Positions 40,178 through 50,960 of a DNA stretch of 64,000 nt are shown here, in pieces. The notes beneath the pieces are model-generated. The model was not told the DNA's origin. It did no database searches and worked only from the letters and a program-made list of their open reading frames with translations. The position numbers and the translations under genes were made by a program. How positions within the stretch are numbered: the first letter of the stretch is position 1; every line of letters begins with the position of its first letter. The stretch is from Candidatus Obscuribacteraceae bacterium (GTDB taxonomy: Bacteria; Cyanobacteriota; Vampirovibrionia; Obscuribacterales; Obscuribacteraceae): assembly GCA_044226015.1 (NCBI GenBank), contig JBGAHS010000002.1:689571-753570 (forward strand). The letters are read 5' to 3'.

Positions 40178-41353
40178 TCATGGTTTCTTCGCAGCATCAA
40201 TATTGTCGTTATAGGCGTTGAAGAGTTTCACGAACTCCGCTGAAGCATCAAACTGGGTGTACTTCTCCTGCGCATTTGTGCGAGCACCTCGCAGCGGACC
40301 AGGATAGCTATGCTTCGCTTCAACCAAATTAAAAACAGTCAATCGCAGCGGGTCGCCACTAGATGTGGTGCTTCTATACTCTTTGACATAATCTTTGGTT
40401 TTCTCTTTAGCGGGAGTTGCCAGTTTCCAATTGCTCTCAGCGTGAGCGGTGCCTTTCGGAAACAAATTTGCAGCATAAAACTTCTCTTGCAAAAGCGGGT
40501 TTTGGTCTATGTTATTGATCGCGGCCAATGGACTTGCCTTTTCAACAACATCATTGCGTCCGACAGAACGCAAAATCTCAGCAAGAACAGACTGCCTGCG
40601 ATACTTCCAACTTCCTGTAATCGGCAACGTTATTTTGTCTCCAAGGAGATTTATAACAGCTACATTGTGTGCGTTTCCAGGCTTCAATTCATATTTGTAT
40701 GCTGTGGACATGGTTGAACCGACCAGACCAATCGACGGAAACAAATTCGCCTCTTTGGAGACAAGCGCATTTAGAAATGGACCGCCCTGAGACCAGGCAA
40801 TGGCACCCCAGGTTTTGTGAGATTCGTCAACGTTAGCAATCTTTGGCACAAGGTCTGCTACTGATTTGACGAACTTCATATCGTCATAGCCGGCAAAAGC
40901 CTGGTCTTCTTTATTCAAAAGCGAGCCTTCAGCATTCCAGGCAAAAGCTTGCTGCTTGGAATACTTGCCCAAATAGTGCTTCAGGGGAAGGGGATAAACA
41001 GCCACAAAGCTATGTTTAGGGTCATCAGCTAACTGGTTCATTCCTGACTCTTTGGCAAAGTCTTTTATGTCCCACTGCGGCTGAGCTGAGCCCGCCAGAA
41101 CAAACATGACAGGCAGAGACTTTGCATCAACATTAGCGGGAATGTGAATCTGAAACTCACGACCATCTTTCATTTTCACGAGGTGATCGCCGGCCGAAAG
41201 CTTGCCCAGTGGCAGCTCTTTGCCTTCTGGTGTTAATTCAACTGCATGGGAAATTGCATCTTTTGTCAGAGCCTGGCGTGAACGCTCAGCCTCACTGTGC
41301 GGGGCAGGCTCAACAAAATTCTCTTTGGCTCTGTCTTCTAGAACAGCAATCAT
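40178..41353 (-). CDS. Alpha/beta hydrolase, PHB depolymerase/LpqC-like esterase
   Basis: LPVMFVLAG, FVAVYP, AWN, DDMKFV, AWSQGG nucleophile elbow, HSYPG. Confidence 0.75.
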   Translation of the reverse strand: MIAVLEDRAKENFVEPAPHSEAERSRQALTKDAISHAVELTPEGKELPLGKLSAGDHLVKMKDGREFQIHIPANVDAKSLPVMFVLAGSAQPQWDIKDFAKESGMNQLADDPKHSFVAVYPLPLKHYLGKYSKQQAFAWNAEGSLLNKEDQAFAGYDDMKFVKSVADLVPKIANVDESHKTWGAIAWSQGGPFLNALVSKEANLFPSIGLVGSTMSTAYKYELKPGNAHNVAVINLLGDKITLPITGSWKYRRQSVLAEILRSVGRNDVVEKASPLAAINNIDQNPLLQEKFYAANLFPKGTAHAESNWKLATPAKEKTKDYVKEYRSTTSSGDPLRLTVFNLVEAKHSYPGPLRGARTNAQEKYTQFDASAEFVKLFNAYNDNIDAAKKP

Positions 41354-41370
41354 AAATCACTAAACGACCC

Positions 41371-41459
41371 TATATATGCGACTCTAATGAGCAATTGGCG
41401 AAATGCCAAGTTATAAAAGTTTCCCCTGCAATATTTTTCGTAAAAACATCACTGATGTT
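41371..41459. repeat. ~89-bp direct repeat, copy 1 (copy 2 at 44791-44877)
   Basis: TATATATGCGACTCTAATGAGCAA...CATCACTGATGTT at both sites. Confidence 0.92.
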
Positions 41460-41787
41460 AGAAAGACTTTCATTTTCGAATCATGGGCGGCCTCCATAAC
41501 AGCTCCATAACAGCTTTGACGTTAGCCGCTGGGAACACCGAAATATCTTCCGCAGTGGGTGTGCATGACCCGAACTAGATGGTCACAGTATCCATGCCAT
41601 CAGTCTTGTAAATGTCGAATCGCTTTTTCCAGTAAGCAGCTTCGTGGTCGCCTTCAAATTGAATAAATCCACCGCCGGATTAAATTGATCTGTATTCTAA
41701 TTTTCTGATGAACCATAACCGTTTCACACTCCTTCCAAGAAAATTTCAACCTCTTCTGGGAATATTGAATGCGGTAGAGGACTTCGA

Positions 41788-43526
41788 GTGCCAAATCAGC
41801 CAAGCGACCACAACGAAAAAGAACGTCCCGAATCAAAAGCGGAACAGGCTGAGCAGCGCGCTGCGAAGTCAATCATGCGCCAGGAATCGCCTGAGGATCG
41901 CCAGGCGTTAGTCGACCGGCAAACCGAAGCCGCGGAGAAGGACAAGTCGATTCGGGCGATGACCCCAGAGGCGGCTGCAACGCTTGCTAACGCGGCGAGA
42001 AAGTCGTTGGACCAGCGACACTTGCGCTTGGGTTCAGTCCCATCCTGGAGAAGACGAAGAAGGATGGATCGAAATCTGTGATCCTCCCTGGCAGAACCCC
42101 CGAAGATGTGCAGGCGCTGAACAACGCAGAGGCTGCGGGTGGGAAGAGTCCGTTCCCATTTAATCCAGATGAGCTGCAGGGGAAAGCAGCCGAGCCTGAC
42201 TCGCACCATGCAAATGTTGAGGAGCGGCGCGGTGATGGATCCGTTTTTCTGAAGGTGAATCAGCCGCTCGACGATGGACCGCCGCCTGCGGAGAAGTTCA
42301 TGAAATTCGTCGAGGCTGCCGCCAATAGAAGCCTGGATCCTCAAGCCTGGGGCAATTGGTGCCAGGCTGAGCTGACGAAATTTGGTGGCATCGGCGAAGG
42401 TTTGAATGAGGCGAAGGAGGAGACCAAAGCGGCGGTTGTCGCTGGCGTGAAGGCGCTATTTGATGGAACTGTGACGAACTTCTTGGCGCAGCCGAATGCG
42501 ATCAACTTGCCATTGTTCAAAACCGTTTCGAATGTAGTTGATGCGATGGGAAAGGATCCGAACTCTGTGAACCATGCGCTGGAAGCGCTCAGTAATGCCG
42601 TGGTAAAGGCGAGCAATGATTACAGCGCGAAAGGACCTGCGGAGCAGGGAAAGGATATCGGCAAGGCTATGTTCGGCATGGCGAATCTTGAAGGAAGCAC
42701 TGAAGGGGCTGAAGTCGCTCTGAAAGTCCTCGACCGGGTTGCAACTCACGTCGATAAGACCGTGTGGAGTGCAATTGACACGACCATGGTTGCGATCAAA
42801 GATATGGCTCCCGACCTCGCTGCGCAGACAAAGCAATCGCTGTATGATTACATTAGAGCTAGCGGAATCACTGGACCAGAGTTGGAAGCTGCGGGTGTCC
42901 CACGCGATTATTTTGCAGCGATGAGCGATGCTGCTGGTGGAAAGGAAGAAAATTTTCTCGCCATGTCCAAAGCAGAGGGCTCTGATGGTGCTCCAAAGAA
43001 AGCTAAACTCAGCGATTCAGCTGGAGAAATTGAATTTCAAATTGATAAATCAACAGGTCGCTTACAACGTACTGACATGGGAAAAGTTCGACCACCATAC
43101 AACTGGGAAGCCATCAATGAGCGCTTTTCTTCGGAGGTGGTTAGGCAAACGACCGACGACTCTTGCATCTCGGCTGTTGGCGAAATGTTATCGCAGGGAA
43201 GGCTGTCGGAGAAAGAATTGATTACTAAGCTTGGCGAAAGACCCGACATTTTTGATCTTCTAGAGCATCTTGGACCCAACTGGTCGAAGAAAGGAAAATT
43301 TAGGTCTCTAGCTGAAATAGGTAAGAATGGACCATGGGGAACTGAATTGATGGAAAATGCCGGAACTGATCTCGGAAAATCAGTGCATTCTGTTATTGTT
43401 GAAGTTATCACTTCCTCAGGTAACGTGGTTATTCACGATCCATGGGAAGGAACTGTATATGAAATGACAGAGAAGAATTTTAATAAGGGTTGGACGAGAA
43501 GGATTGTGTACAAGACGGAATTGTAG
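41788..43526 (+). pseudogene. Polymorphic-toxin-like protein with C-terminal papain-fold (C39-like) domain, split by a 1-bp frameshift near 41990
   Basis: Second frame opens at 41991; QTTDDSC...HSVIV...IHDPW Cys/His/Asp pattern. Confidence 0.65.
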
Positions 43527-43539
43527 CGAGGTTAGCTTG

Positions 43540-43938
43540 GTGTCGATTATTCCTGATAGATATTTAAAACAGCTTATAAATTCCGGTCTTTTTGTTTCGG
43601 AACCATTTCCCGAAGGACATGTGTGGGAGCATGGCGTGCGCGTCGGAAAACCAACGGCGGCAAAAGGCAATCTCATTCCGGGGTATGAAGCTGGGTACGT
43701 CACTATGGGAGATGAAGTTGAACCACCTGAGATGGATGCACCATATGTGGTTCTTTTTTCGAAGGGGAAGGAATGGTTTGTTCGTGCACAGGAATGCATA
43801 CCGAAGCCCGGGCATGGCGATTTCACAAATGTATGGACGACGGCTGATGAAGCTGTACAAGATATTTTGGATTTCTATTTCGGTGACCCAGCTCGAATGC
43901 TTTTGAAAGCAGAACGCAAAATGTCTTCGTCACCCTGA
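43540..43938 (+). CDS. Putative immunity protein
   Basis: Small acidic/aromatic ORF 13 bp after the toxin-like gene; followed by a truncated paralog. Confidence 0.55.
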   Translation: MSIIPDRYLKQLINSGLFVSEPFPEGHVWEHGVRVGKPTAAKGNLIPGYEAGYVTMGDEVEPPEMDAPYVVLFSKGKEWFVRAQECIPKPGHGDFTNVWTTADEAVQDILDFYFGDPARMLLKAERKMSSSP

Positions 43939-44016
43939 GCAAGACTCACAGTCCAATCGGGAATAGTGATCAGTCATTCGCAAAAAATTCTAGGATGCGG
44001 AGAATTTTCTGAAGTT

Positions 44017-44395
44017 ATGGCATTAATCGAAAAAGAGTATTTAGACCAATTGAGAGCCGCTGGCTTATTTGTTTCGCCTCCGTATTCTCCAAATCACGGA
44101 TTTCCGAACGGTTTCTTTGTGGATCTCTCACCGCAATCTCTATTTTCACAAAGGTGGAGAAACAGTAGTTTTCCCCTATGAAAGCATTAAGGTATCGCTG
44201 CCGTTCAACGATATTGTCGATGCAAAAAACGACAGCACGCTTCGTGGTGTATTCCTTGCTGCTGGTGATGGAAAGCGATTTTTTGTTCCTGTCGATGGTA
44301 TCACTGATGGTGAATTAGACCTGTTGAAAATCAAACCGATGGTAACTCTGGCGCGTGAGGCATTAGGTTTAGTGGTTGAAGTGAAAAACTCCTAG
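44017..44395 (+). pseudogene. Truncated immunity-gene paralog joined to an unrelated gene fragment
   Basis: MALIEKEYLDQLRAAGLFVSPPY resembles MSIIPDRYLKQLINSGLFVSEPF; similarity ends after about 35 aa. Confidence 0.6.
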
Positions 44396-44790
44396 AAACA
44401 ATCTTCATCTTATGCGGGACAGCTCCAGGCAAAGCCTCTCTCATGTTAATACTGGAATTATCGCAATTCTTGCATGACGAACAGCAGCCGTCCCCTGTAG
44501 ACGAGCTTATAGGAGGCGCTGCAGTTCTTCCTTTTCTCGAATTCCGAAAAGGCGAGCAAGAAAAGTGAATGCGCGAAGAAGGTGAGCGTATCTGTAGGCA
44601 CCAATTTAGTGACTACGAGGTGAAAATCTTTTCCGTAGGTGATTGTGCAAATCAGCACGCGAATATCAATCTAGAATACCCTGCACCCAAATTGTCTACA
44701 CAACTACAACTATTCTATCTGTCGCCTTGCACCACTGGTTAAGCGCGTCTCGCACCATCTGATCGAATTGTTCATAAAACTCTGGAACTC

Positions 44791-44877
44791 TATATATGCG
44801 ACTCTAATGAGCAACTGGCGAAATGCCAAGTTATAAAAGTTTCCCCACTCTATTTTTCGTAAAACATCACTGATGTT
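44791..44877. repeat. ~89-bp direct repeat, copy 2
   Basis: Matches 41371-41459 with a few differences. Confidence 0.92.
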
Positions 44878-44920
44878 GCCGGGGTCAATAGATGTACAAT
44901 AACGTCTCAGCCCCTTCTTC

Positions 44921-47701
44921 ATGATCAAAATGAGTGCAGAGCAAGAACCAAAAATCGGAGAAGAGCTTGGCAGGTTCAAACTGCTAGCTTTGCTCGGAAG
45001 AGGCGCCTCTGGAGACGTATACAAGGCGCATGACGCCCTTATGGACAGAGAGGTCGCGCTCAAGATTTTGCACAAACATGAGCTTGCCGACCCAATCGCA
45101 AGAGCAAGGTTTGAGCGCGAAGGAGTAATCGTCTCATCGCTTTCCCACGAAAACATAGTTCAGTTTTTCGCGGTAGGAATTTCCAAAAGCGGTTATCCAT
45201 ACATTGCCATGGAATTGCTGGAGGGCAAAACACTCAGAGAAGTATTAGACAGCGAAGGTTCTCTAAATATAGAACGAGCAATTGATATAGTTAGTAAAGT
45301 TACCGAAGCGATTCAATACGCCTTCGATAAGGGTATCCTTCATCGCGACATCAAACCAGAGAACATAGTTTTACTTGAATCAGGATTCGGCGAAACAGCT
45401 AAACTACTGGACTTCGGCCTGGCGAAAAATCTAACGAGCCATTTAGACGAAACAACGCTAACCCAAACAGGGCACCTTATCGGAAGCGCATCATACATGG
45501 CTCCTGAGCTGGGAAAAGGCGAAAAGCCCGACCACAGGACAGACCTTTACGCTATCGTATCCGTGTTGTTTGAATGCATTGCAGGGTCGCAGCCATACAC
45601 TGGTGAGACACCAGCTGCGGTGCTCTATCGGCACGCCAACGAACCAATTCCATCGCTCAGCAAGCGCGCGCGAAAGACAATCACACCCGAACTCGAATCA
45701 GTAATCAAACGCGGTTTGGCAAAAGACGCATCTGAGAGATTCCAGCTTGCAAGTGAATTAAACACCGCCTTGCAAAAGGCTCGCAGTTCACTTACTAGAA
45801 CGCAAGAAAAAAAGAAACTCCTTCTCCCTATTACAGCTCTTAGCGTATTGGCAGTCGCAGCCATGCTAATCACAAACATGACAGTCCATAATGACAAGGC
45901 GATTCAAGCAAGCGAAAAAACCATATCACCACTCAAGCTAAGGCAGCTAATTATGGCGTCCTTATCGGATAATCCGGCGGAGTTTCCGGCGCAATCAATT
46001 GAGCAAGCGCTAAAGCAAGAGCTCACTCCGGTTGAGCGCGGACTGATACTGCGACTCAAAGCAAGAAACACAAAGAACCCTTCTGCGAGATTGTACTATT
46101 ACATACGTGCATTTCAGTTTATGGCTTCCGACGAAGCAAATGCACCAATGTACTGCGAGCTAGATTGTTTGCGAAACGCCATACAAGGCTGCGGCAATGC
46201 AGGTCTCTCAAATGCCCAGAATAGATACTTATATCGCTACATAAACAAGCTTACGAAATGGATCAAAGACGGTAAACCAATTCCGGGACAATATAAAGTA
46301 GCGACCATTGTTCCTTACAGAACAAACCTGCAAAACGCCAAACTTGAAAAGATTCTAGTACATCTATCCAGAGGACAAATTGCTAAAGGTCGTGCTGAAT
46401 TCGCCCAGATAGAAGGGGGATTAGAGTATGCCCCTAGTGTTTTCTTGAGTCAAATCAGATGGAAGCTGGGAGAAAAAAAACGGGTTGAAGATTCCATTTA
46501 TGAAGACCATTGTACAGCAGAATATTTATCCTTTATGTCCGGTTTCTTTAGAGAAAAAGGATTGAACGAAATGGCACAACGCTGCTCATCCCAGGCAATT
46601 GAAAAAACCAAAGACAGTGTAAACGAAGAGGTCTTCCAGACAAGTATTCTTTCATACATAGCAGAACGAAGATTTGCAGATGCGATAGAGTCTATCAAAC
46701 AGAGGTGTGCACTCGATTCAAACAATTCGCGAAGCAACTGGCGCGAATACACAAGAAGGCGCTCTTTTCGCATTGCTGCTCTTGAGTATTGCGGCGACTC
46801 AGCTGAAGCAGAAAAGATGCTGAAATCATTCCTCGCTTCCAAAATAGCCGAAAAAGAAGATCAAGCTATCTTGACTCAGTTTAGTGAGTTGCTCTCAAAG
46901 GCTCCTTCGGCTCCACGAGAGCAGTTTCACTACTTACTCAAAACATCCTTAAAGCAAAATGCCGCCCCCTTGCTGCAGTGGTTTGCCATGAGCCACGCGA
47001 AAAATATTTCCAAGACTTTTGTTTTGAGCAAAGACGAGAAATTACCTTTGTGGCTTGCAGAGCAAATAATAATACGACAATATTGGCTCAGCACTAGAGA
47101 AATAGAACTTTGTAAGAGCATTTTGCAAGAAACGAAAAATCCAAAAGACAACAGCTTTAACGCAGGAAATATCAGGGAGGCAGCACAAATAAGGCTGGCA
47201 GAATTGTATTACACCGTAGAAGATCCAGCAAAATGCATCAGAGAACTAGAGAATATTGAAGCAGCTAGTAATGAAGCCTACGCTTGCAATCGAATCTACG
47301 GTCTCGAACTGCAACTCAAACGACAAAAGCAAGCCTCTAGAATCATAGACAGCTGCACCGATTTCAAGGAACTTTTGCACATGAGCAGGTCTTCTATTGA
47401 AAATTCAGAGCAAATACTTGGAGAGAAGTGCCTGAGCAAAGCCAAGTCAATGCTGGGAAAAAACGTTTTGAGACAAACTCAGTTCTACACAGAGCAAGCC
47501 CTCGCATACCTGGAATTTGACCAGAATAACAAAGTAGAAAGCGCAACCAAATGGATAGATTCAATGAAAATTCGCCTGAATCTAACTGCCTTTAACACGA
47601 CTACAATAAGCGATGCGGCACTAGCCATGCTAATTGCAGACAAGAGAGAGCGAGGCGATGAAATCATAAAGATTCTACAAACACGAGACGACAAAAACTA
47701 G
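44921..47701 (+). CDS. Ser/Thr protein kinase with TM helix and long helical C-terminus
   Basis: LGRGASGDVY, HRDIKPEN, DFGLAK, YMAPE. Confidence 0.93.
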   Translation: MIKMSAEQEPKIGEELGRFKLLALLGRGASGDVYKAHDALMDREVALKILHKHELADPIARARFEREGVIVSSLSHENIVQFFAVGISKSGYPYIAMELLEGKTLREVLDSEGSLNIERAIDIVSKVTEAIQYAFDKGILHRDIKPENIVLLESGFGETAKLLDFGLAKNLTSHLDETTLTQTGHLIGSASYMAPELGKGEKPDHRTDLYAIVSVLFECIAGSQPYTGETPAAVLYRHANEPIPSLSKRARKTITPELESVIKRGLAKDASERFQLASELNTALQKARSSLTRTQEKKKLLLPITALSVLAVAAMLITNMTVHNDKAIQASEKTISPLKLRQLIMASLSDNPAEFPAQSIEQALKQELTPVERGLILRLKARNTKNPSARLYYYIRAFQFMASDEANAPMYCELDCLRNAIQGCGNAGLSNAQNRYLYRYINKLTKWIKDGKPIPGQYKVATIVPYRTNLQNAKLEKILVHLSRGQIAKGRAEFAQIEGGLEYAPSVFLSQIRWKLGEKKRVEDSIYEDHCTAEYLSFMSGFFREKGLNEMAQRCSSQAIEKTKDSVNEEVFQTSILSYIAERRFADAIESIKQRCALDSNNSRSNWREYTRRRSFRIAALEYCGDSAEAEKMLKSFLASKIAEKEDQAILTQFSELLSKAPSAPREQFHYLLKTSLKQNAAPLLQWFAMSHAKNISKTFVLSKDEKLPLWLAEQIIIRQYWLSTREIELCKSILQETKNPKDNSFNAGNIREAAQIRLAELYYTVEDPAKCIRELENIEAASNEAYACNRIYGLELQLKRQKQASRIIDSCTDFKELLHMSRSSIENSEQILGEKCLSKAKSMLGKNVLRQTQFYTEQALAYLEFDQNNKVESATKWIDSMKIRLNLTAFNTTTISDAALAMLIADKRERGDEIIKILQTRDDKN

Positions 47702-49101
47702 TAATCAAACGGTTCTAGTCGAAGGAAGCGATAAAGGCGCTTTGGCTTTCCGCCAGATTGCTTAAGTGTGGTTCTATCAGGGCGCTTATGGACCAATTGC
47801 AGCTTTAGTTGAGGCAGGTGTTGATTTGCCATGTACGCTGAAATCACAGAAAACGCAGCGCCGTGACCAAAGTCTTTTGTCACCAGATCGGTCACGTCAA
47901 TGAATCTGCATTTTTTACCAAGCTCAACATCGAGAGACGGATTTTCATTGAGCCAACGCTTAACGTCATTGGGTTCGGTAAAATCATTGAAGGTAAGCAG
48001 GTCTCCCGTGTCTGTGGTGAGCTGCGCAATGTAAGACTGACTAAAAACTTTACTTCTTTCGCGAGTAAACTTGGGTAAATCGATTGGACGACCAAGTCGA
48101 GGTTGAGTATGAATAAAGTGCGAGAGAATTAGCGGTTTGTCGCGGTCCGAGACGAAGACATAAACCATGTTTGTCACGGCACTTTCAAATATAGATTTCT
48201 TTGACTCAAAGCTAAAAAAATCAATGTCAGCGGAACACATGAATATGTTGCGAAAAACTGGTTCTTTCAAATCAGTTACGCTAAGTCTATTTAGGTACCA
48301 GAAAAGCAATCGAGCACCCATGCTGTGGCTGATCACATCTATTTGCGCGTCCGGATTTTTTTCCTTCAGAATTCTATCGATGACCTGGTCAAAGCAAGGA
48401 GAACTCCATTCTACGTCTGCTTCATCGGTACCGTATTCGGTGCGACCACCTACCGACGGCCAGGTAAACAAAATGGGCAGTAACTTTCGTTGCGGGCTGG
48501 TCTCATACTGTTGATAGTCGCCAAAAATCATTGCCGCATCTTCGGCGGCTTCTTCAAAGGGCTTATCATAACCATGAATATAAATCGCTATAGTGCCGGT
48601 CCAATCGTGCACGCGTTTAAAGAAGTCCTCTTCGTCCATTTTAGACACAAAGTTAACTTTGGATTTTCTCCAATCGTCAGCGTCAACACGCAAGAGTTTC
48701 TTGTATTCTTTTCCTGTTTTTGCTTTTGCGGGGCTGATAAGCCCCTTGGGCTCTGCAATACCAGCCATACCATATTCGAGCGAACCAGTCCCCTGATCAA
48801 GATGCCGCTCGCCACTAAAATCAGGAGATTTATCGCTGCCTGTGTTCAATCTTGTTGTGGCGAAATAGACCTGCACCATCTTTGCCTTTTCGGGATTCGT
48901 TTCCACGGTGGCCGCCAGAGACAACGGCGCAGCAAACAAACCCGAGAGCGAACAAGTCGCGAACATAGCAGTCAATTTCTGCCAGAGATGGTTTCTTATA
49001 AAAGAGTTTCCGATAAAAAATTCAGAAGGGCGTGTGCGAGAAATCCGCTTTCTGAGCGCTAGCAGTACGTTCGCAACTGTCCTTATATCTACTCCTCTCA
49101 T
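47698..49101 (-). CDS. DUF900 family alpha/beta hydrolase (start uncertain)
   Basis: YFATTR, IYIHGY, FTWPS, SHSMG, RLG. Confidence 0.88.
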   Translation of the reverse strand: MRGVDIRTVANVLLALRKRISRTRPSEFFIGNSFIRNHLWQKLTAMFATCSLSGLFAAPLSLAATVETNPEKAKMVQVYFATTRLNTGSDKSPDFSGERHLDQGTGSLEYGMAGIAEPKGLISPAKAKTGKEYKKLLRVDADDWRKSKVNFVSKMDEEDFFKRVHDWTGTIAIYIHGYDKPFEEAAEDAAMIFGDYQQYETSPQRKLLPILFTWPSVGGRTEYGTDEADVEWSSPCFDQVIDRILKEKNPDAQIDVISHSMGARLLFWYLNRLSVTDLKEPVFRNIFMCSADIDFFSFESKKSIFESAVTNMVYVFVSDRDKPLILSHFIHTQPRLGRPIDLPKFTRERSKVFSQSYIAQLTTDTGDLLTFNDFTEPNDVKRWLNENPSLDVELGKKCRFIDVTDLVTKDFGHGAAFSVISAYMANQHLPQLKLQLVHKRPDRTTLKQSGGKPKRLYRFLRLEPFDY

Positions 49102-49260
49102 ACCATTTCGAATTCGTATTCCGCTTACATATTCCTACTCTAGCAGACAATTTCAAATTCAACCCGACAATCTATATTTCCTCGGCATCTAAAGTAAATA
49201 CTCGCTGCTAGCTTGAATGTGCGCTACATTCTCTGCCTCGCAATTTTCGCACCTCCGCCA

Positions 49261-49470
49261 AGCTCAAAGCAAAAGCAGATTGCCTACAGCTCAAAGCAAG
49301 CGATGATCGCCTACGGCTCAAAGCAAGCGATGATCGCCTACGGCTCAAAGCAATCGAAGATAGCTTACAGCTCAATTCAATCGAAGTTCGCATACAGCTC
49401 AAAGCGAAAGCAGGACTCAAGCGAAGATCGCTTACGGCTCAATTCAAGCGAAAATTGCTTACGGCTCAAA
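49261..49470. repeat. 27-bp tandem repeat overlapping the stop codon of the upstream DUF900 gene
   Basis: About seven units of GCTCAAAGCAAGCGATGATCGCCTACG. Confidence 0.88.
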
Positions 49471-50856
49471 CCTGATGTACCGATACAGAAAAATCGGTTT
49501 GCCACCACATTGATCAAGAAACTTCGCATCCGGGCGTTTGTGCACGGGACGACCTCGCAACTGAGGGAAATCCAAATATCCAGCCATTATTGAGGACACG
49601 ATGGGCCACGCAAGTGCATGTCCCATGTTCGCAATCGAAAGTTCACTTACATCTAGAAGTCGTGACTTAGTTCCAAACTCTCTGTCCAGTTGAGGATTTT
49701 TATTCAGCCAGGTGGCAACATCTGGTGTGTCTGTAAATGACGGCGCCATCAAAAGTTCCGCAGCATCTAGTGAGAGCTGTTTCCAAAAATCACCATTCAT
49801 AAATTTGTCAGTCAAAGAAGTCGGCTTATTATCACTAGTTTTTGCTGTGGAGGAGTTCTGCTGAGGAGTGGAACTCGGGGGATCCATTGGTCGCCCCAGC
49901 CGCGGTGAGCCATGCATGTATTGAGACATGATCAGAGGGCGATCACGATCAGACACGAATATGTAAACCATTCCAGAAACTGCATTCTCAATCTTCTCCC
50001 GGGCAGCTTCTACTGCATGAAAATCAACATCACCAGAACAGAGGAAAAGATTATTCAAAAGTGGCTTCGACAGCTCGGGATGCTCTTCCGTCAAATAAGA
50101 GAAAATAAGTCGATTTCCCATGCTGTGCGCCACAACATCAACCGAGCAATCAGCACTTTTTTCCTTGATGACACGATCAAGAAGATGATCAAACAGCTGC
50201 TGGCTCCATTCAACATTAGCCTCATCTTCCGCATAGCGACTGCGTTCTCCTGAAGACGGCCAACTAAAAAGAATGGGCATGAATGACTTGCCTTCTTCAA
50301 CGAATTGCCCATAATCAGCCGCTAGCATCGCCGTGTCCTGCAATGCCTCATCGAAAGTTTTGTCATAGCCGTGAATGTAGATGCAAATCTTACCTGAGCA
50401 TTTCCGCACTTTCTCAATCAAGTCGTCTTCGCTGAAACAACCTATAAAATTGCGCTTCGCTACGCGCCAAACATCGGTATCAGCCTTCATCAAATCACGA
50501 AATTGCAAACCAGAAAGCGCTCTGTTTGGCGAAATCAAATTTTGCGGGGTTCGTAAGGTCGCGGTACCGTATTCGAGAGAACCAAAGCCAAGATCGAAGT
50601 GTCGGCTTCCGTTATAGCTGGGGTCTGAACGTGAACCCGCGTTGTATCTGCTTGTCGCAAAATAAAGTTGAATCGATTTGGGAATCTTGCTAAAAGTTCG
50701 AGGACCGCGAGTATCGCCAACCGGCGTCGTTGCGGGCTTGCCGTCCTTGCAGTCTTCATCAGCTGCAAAAACCCATGCAGTTGTTTGCGAACATATCGCC
50801 AACGACATGAGAACGATCAAAAACCTGCATTTCAAAAACGAGAAGAGTCGAGTCAC
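49459..50856 (-). CDS. DUF900 family alpha/beta hydrolase, exported paralog
   Basis: Signal peptide, YFATSR, IYIHGY, FSWPS, AHSMG. Confidence 0.88.
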   Translation of the reverse strand: MTRLFSFLKCRFLIVLMSLAICSQTTAWVFAADEDCKDGKPATTPVGDTRGPRTFSKIPKSIQLYFATSRYNAGSRSDPSYNGSRHFDLGFGSLEYGTATLRTPQNLISPNRALSGLQFRDLMKADTDVWRVAKRNFIGCFSEDDLIEKVRKCSGKICIYIHGYDKTFDEALQDTAMLAADYGQFVEEGKSFMPILFSWPSSGERSRYAEDEANVEWSQQLFDHLLDRVIKEKSADCSVDVVAHSMGNRLIFSYLTEEHPELSKPLLNNLFLCSGDVDFHAVEAAREKIENAVSGMVYIFVSDRDRPLIMSQYMHGSPRLGRPMDPPSSTPQQNSSTAKTSDNKPTSLTDKFMNGDFWKQLSLDAAELLMAPSFTDTPDVATWLNKNPQLDREFGTKSRLLDVSELSIANMGHALAWPIVSSIMAGYLDFPQLRGRPVHKRPDAKFLDQCGGKPIFLYRYIRFEP

Positions 50857-50902
50857 TCAGTAAGCCTTCCACACCACATATGACCAGAAGGGCTATTCTA
50901 CT

Positions 50903-50936
50903 AAAAAACAAAAGCCAGCACCGTGAGATGCTGGCT
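50903..50936 (-). terminator. Intrinsic terminator of the coaD operon
   Basis: AGCCAGCA-N8-TGCTGGCT then TTTTGTTTTTT on minus strand. Confidence 0.8.
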
Positions 50937-50960
50937 AAATACTTTACTTATGCGACCTTT

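Noticed and set aside
49213..49593. 126-aa ORF with repetitive sequence
   Set aside because: Translation of the 27-bp tandem repeat, overlapping a real gene antisense
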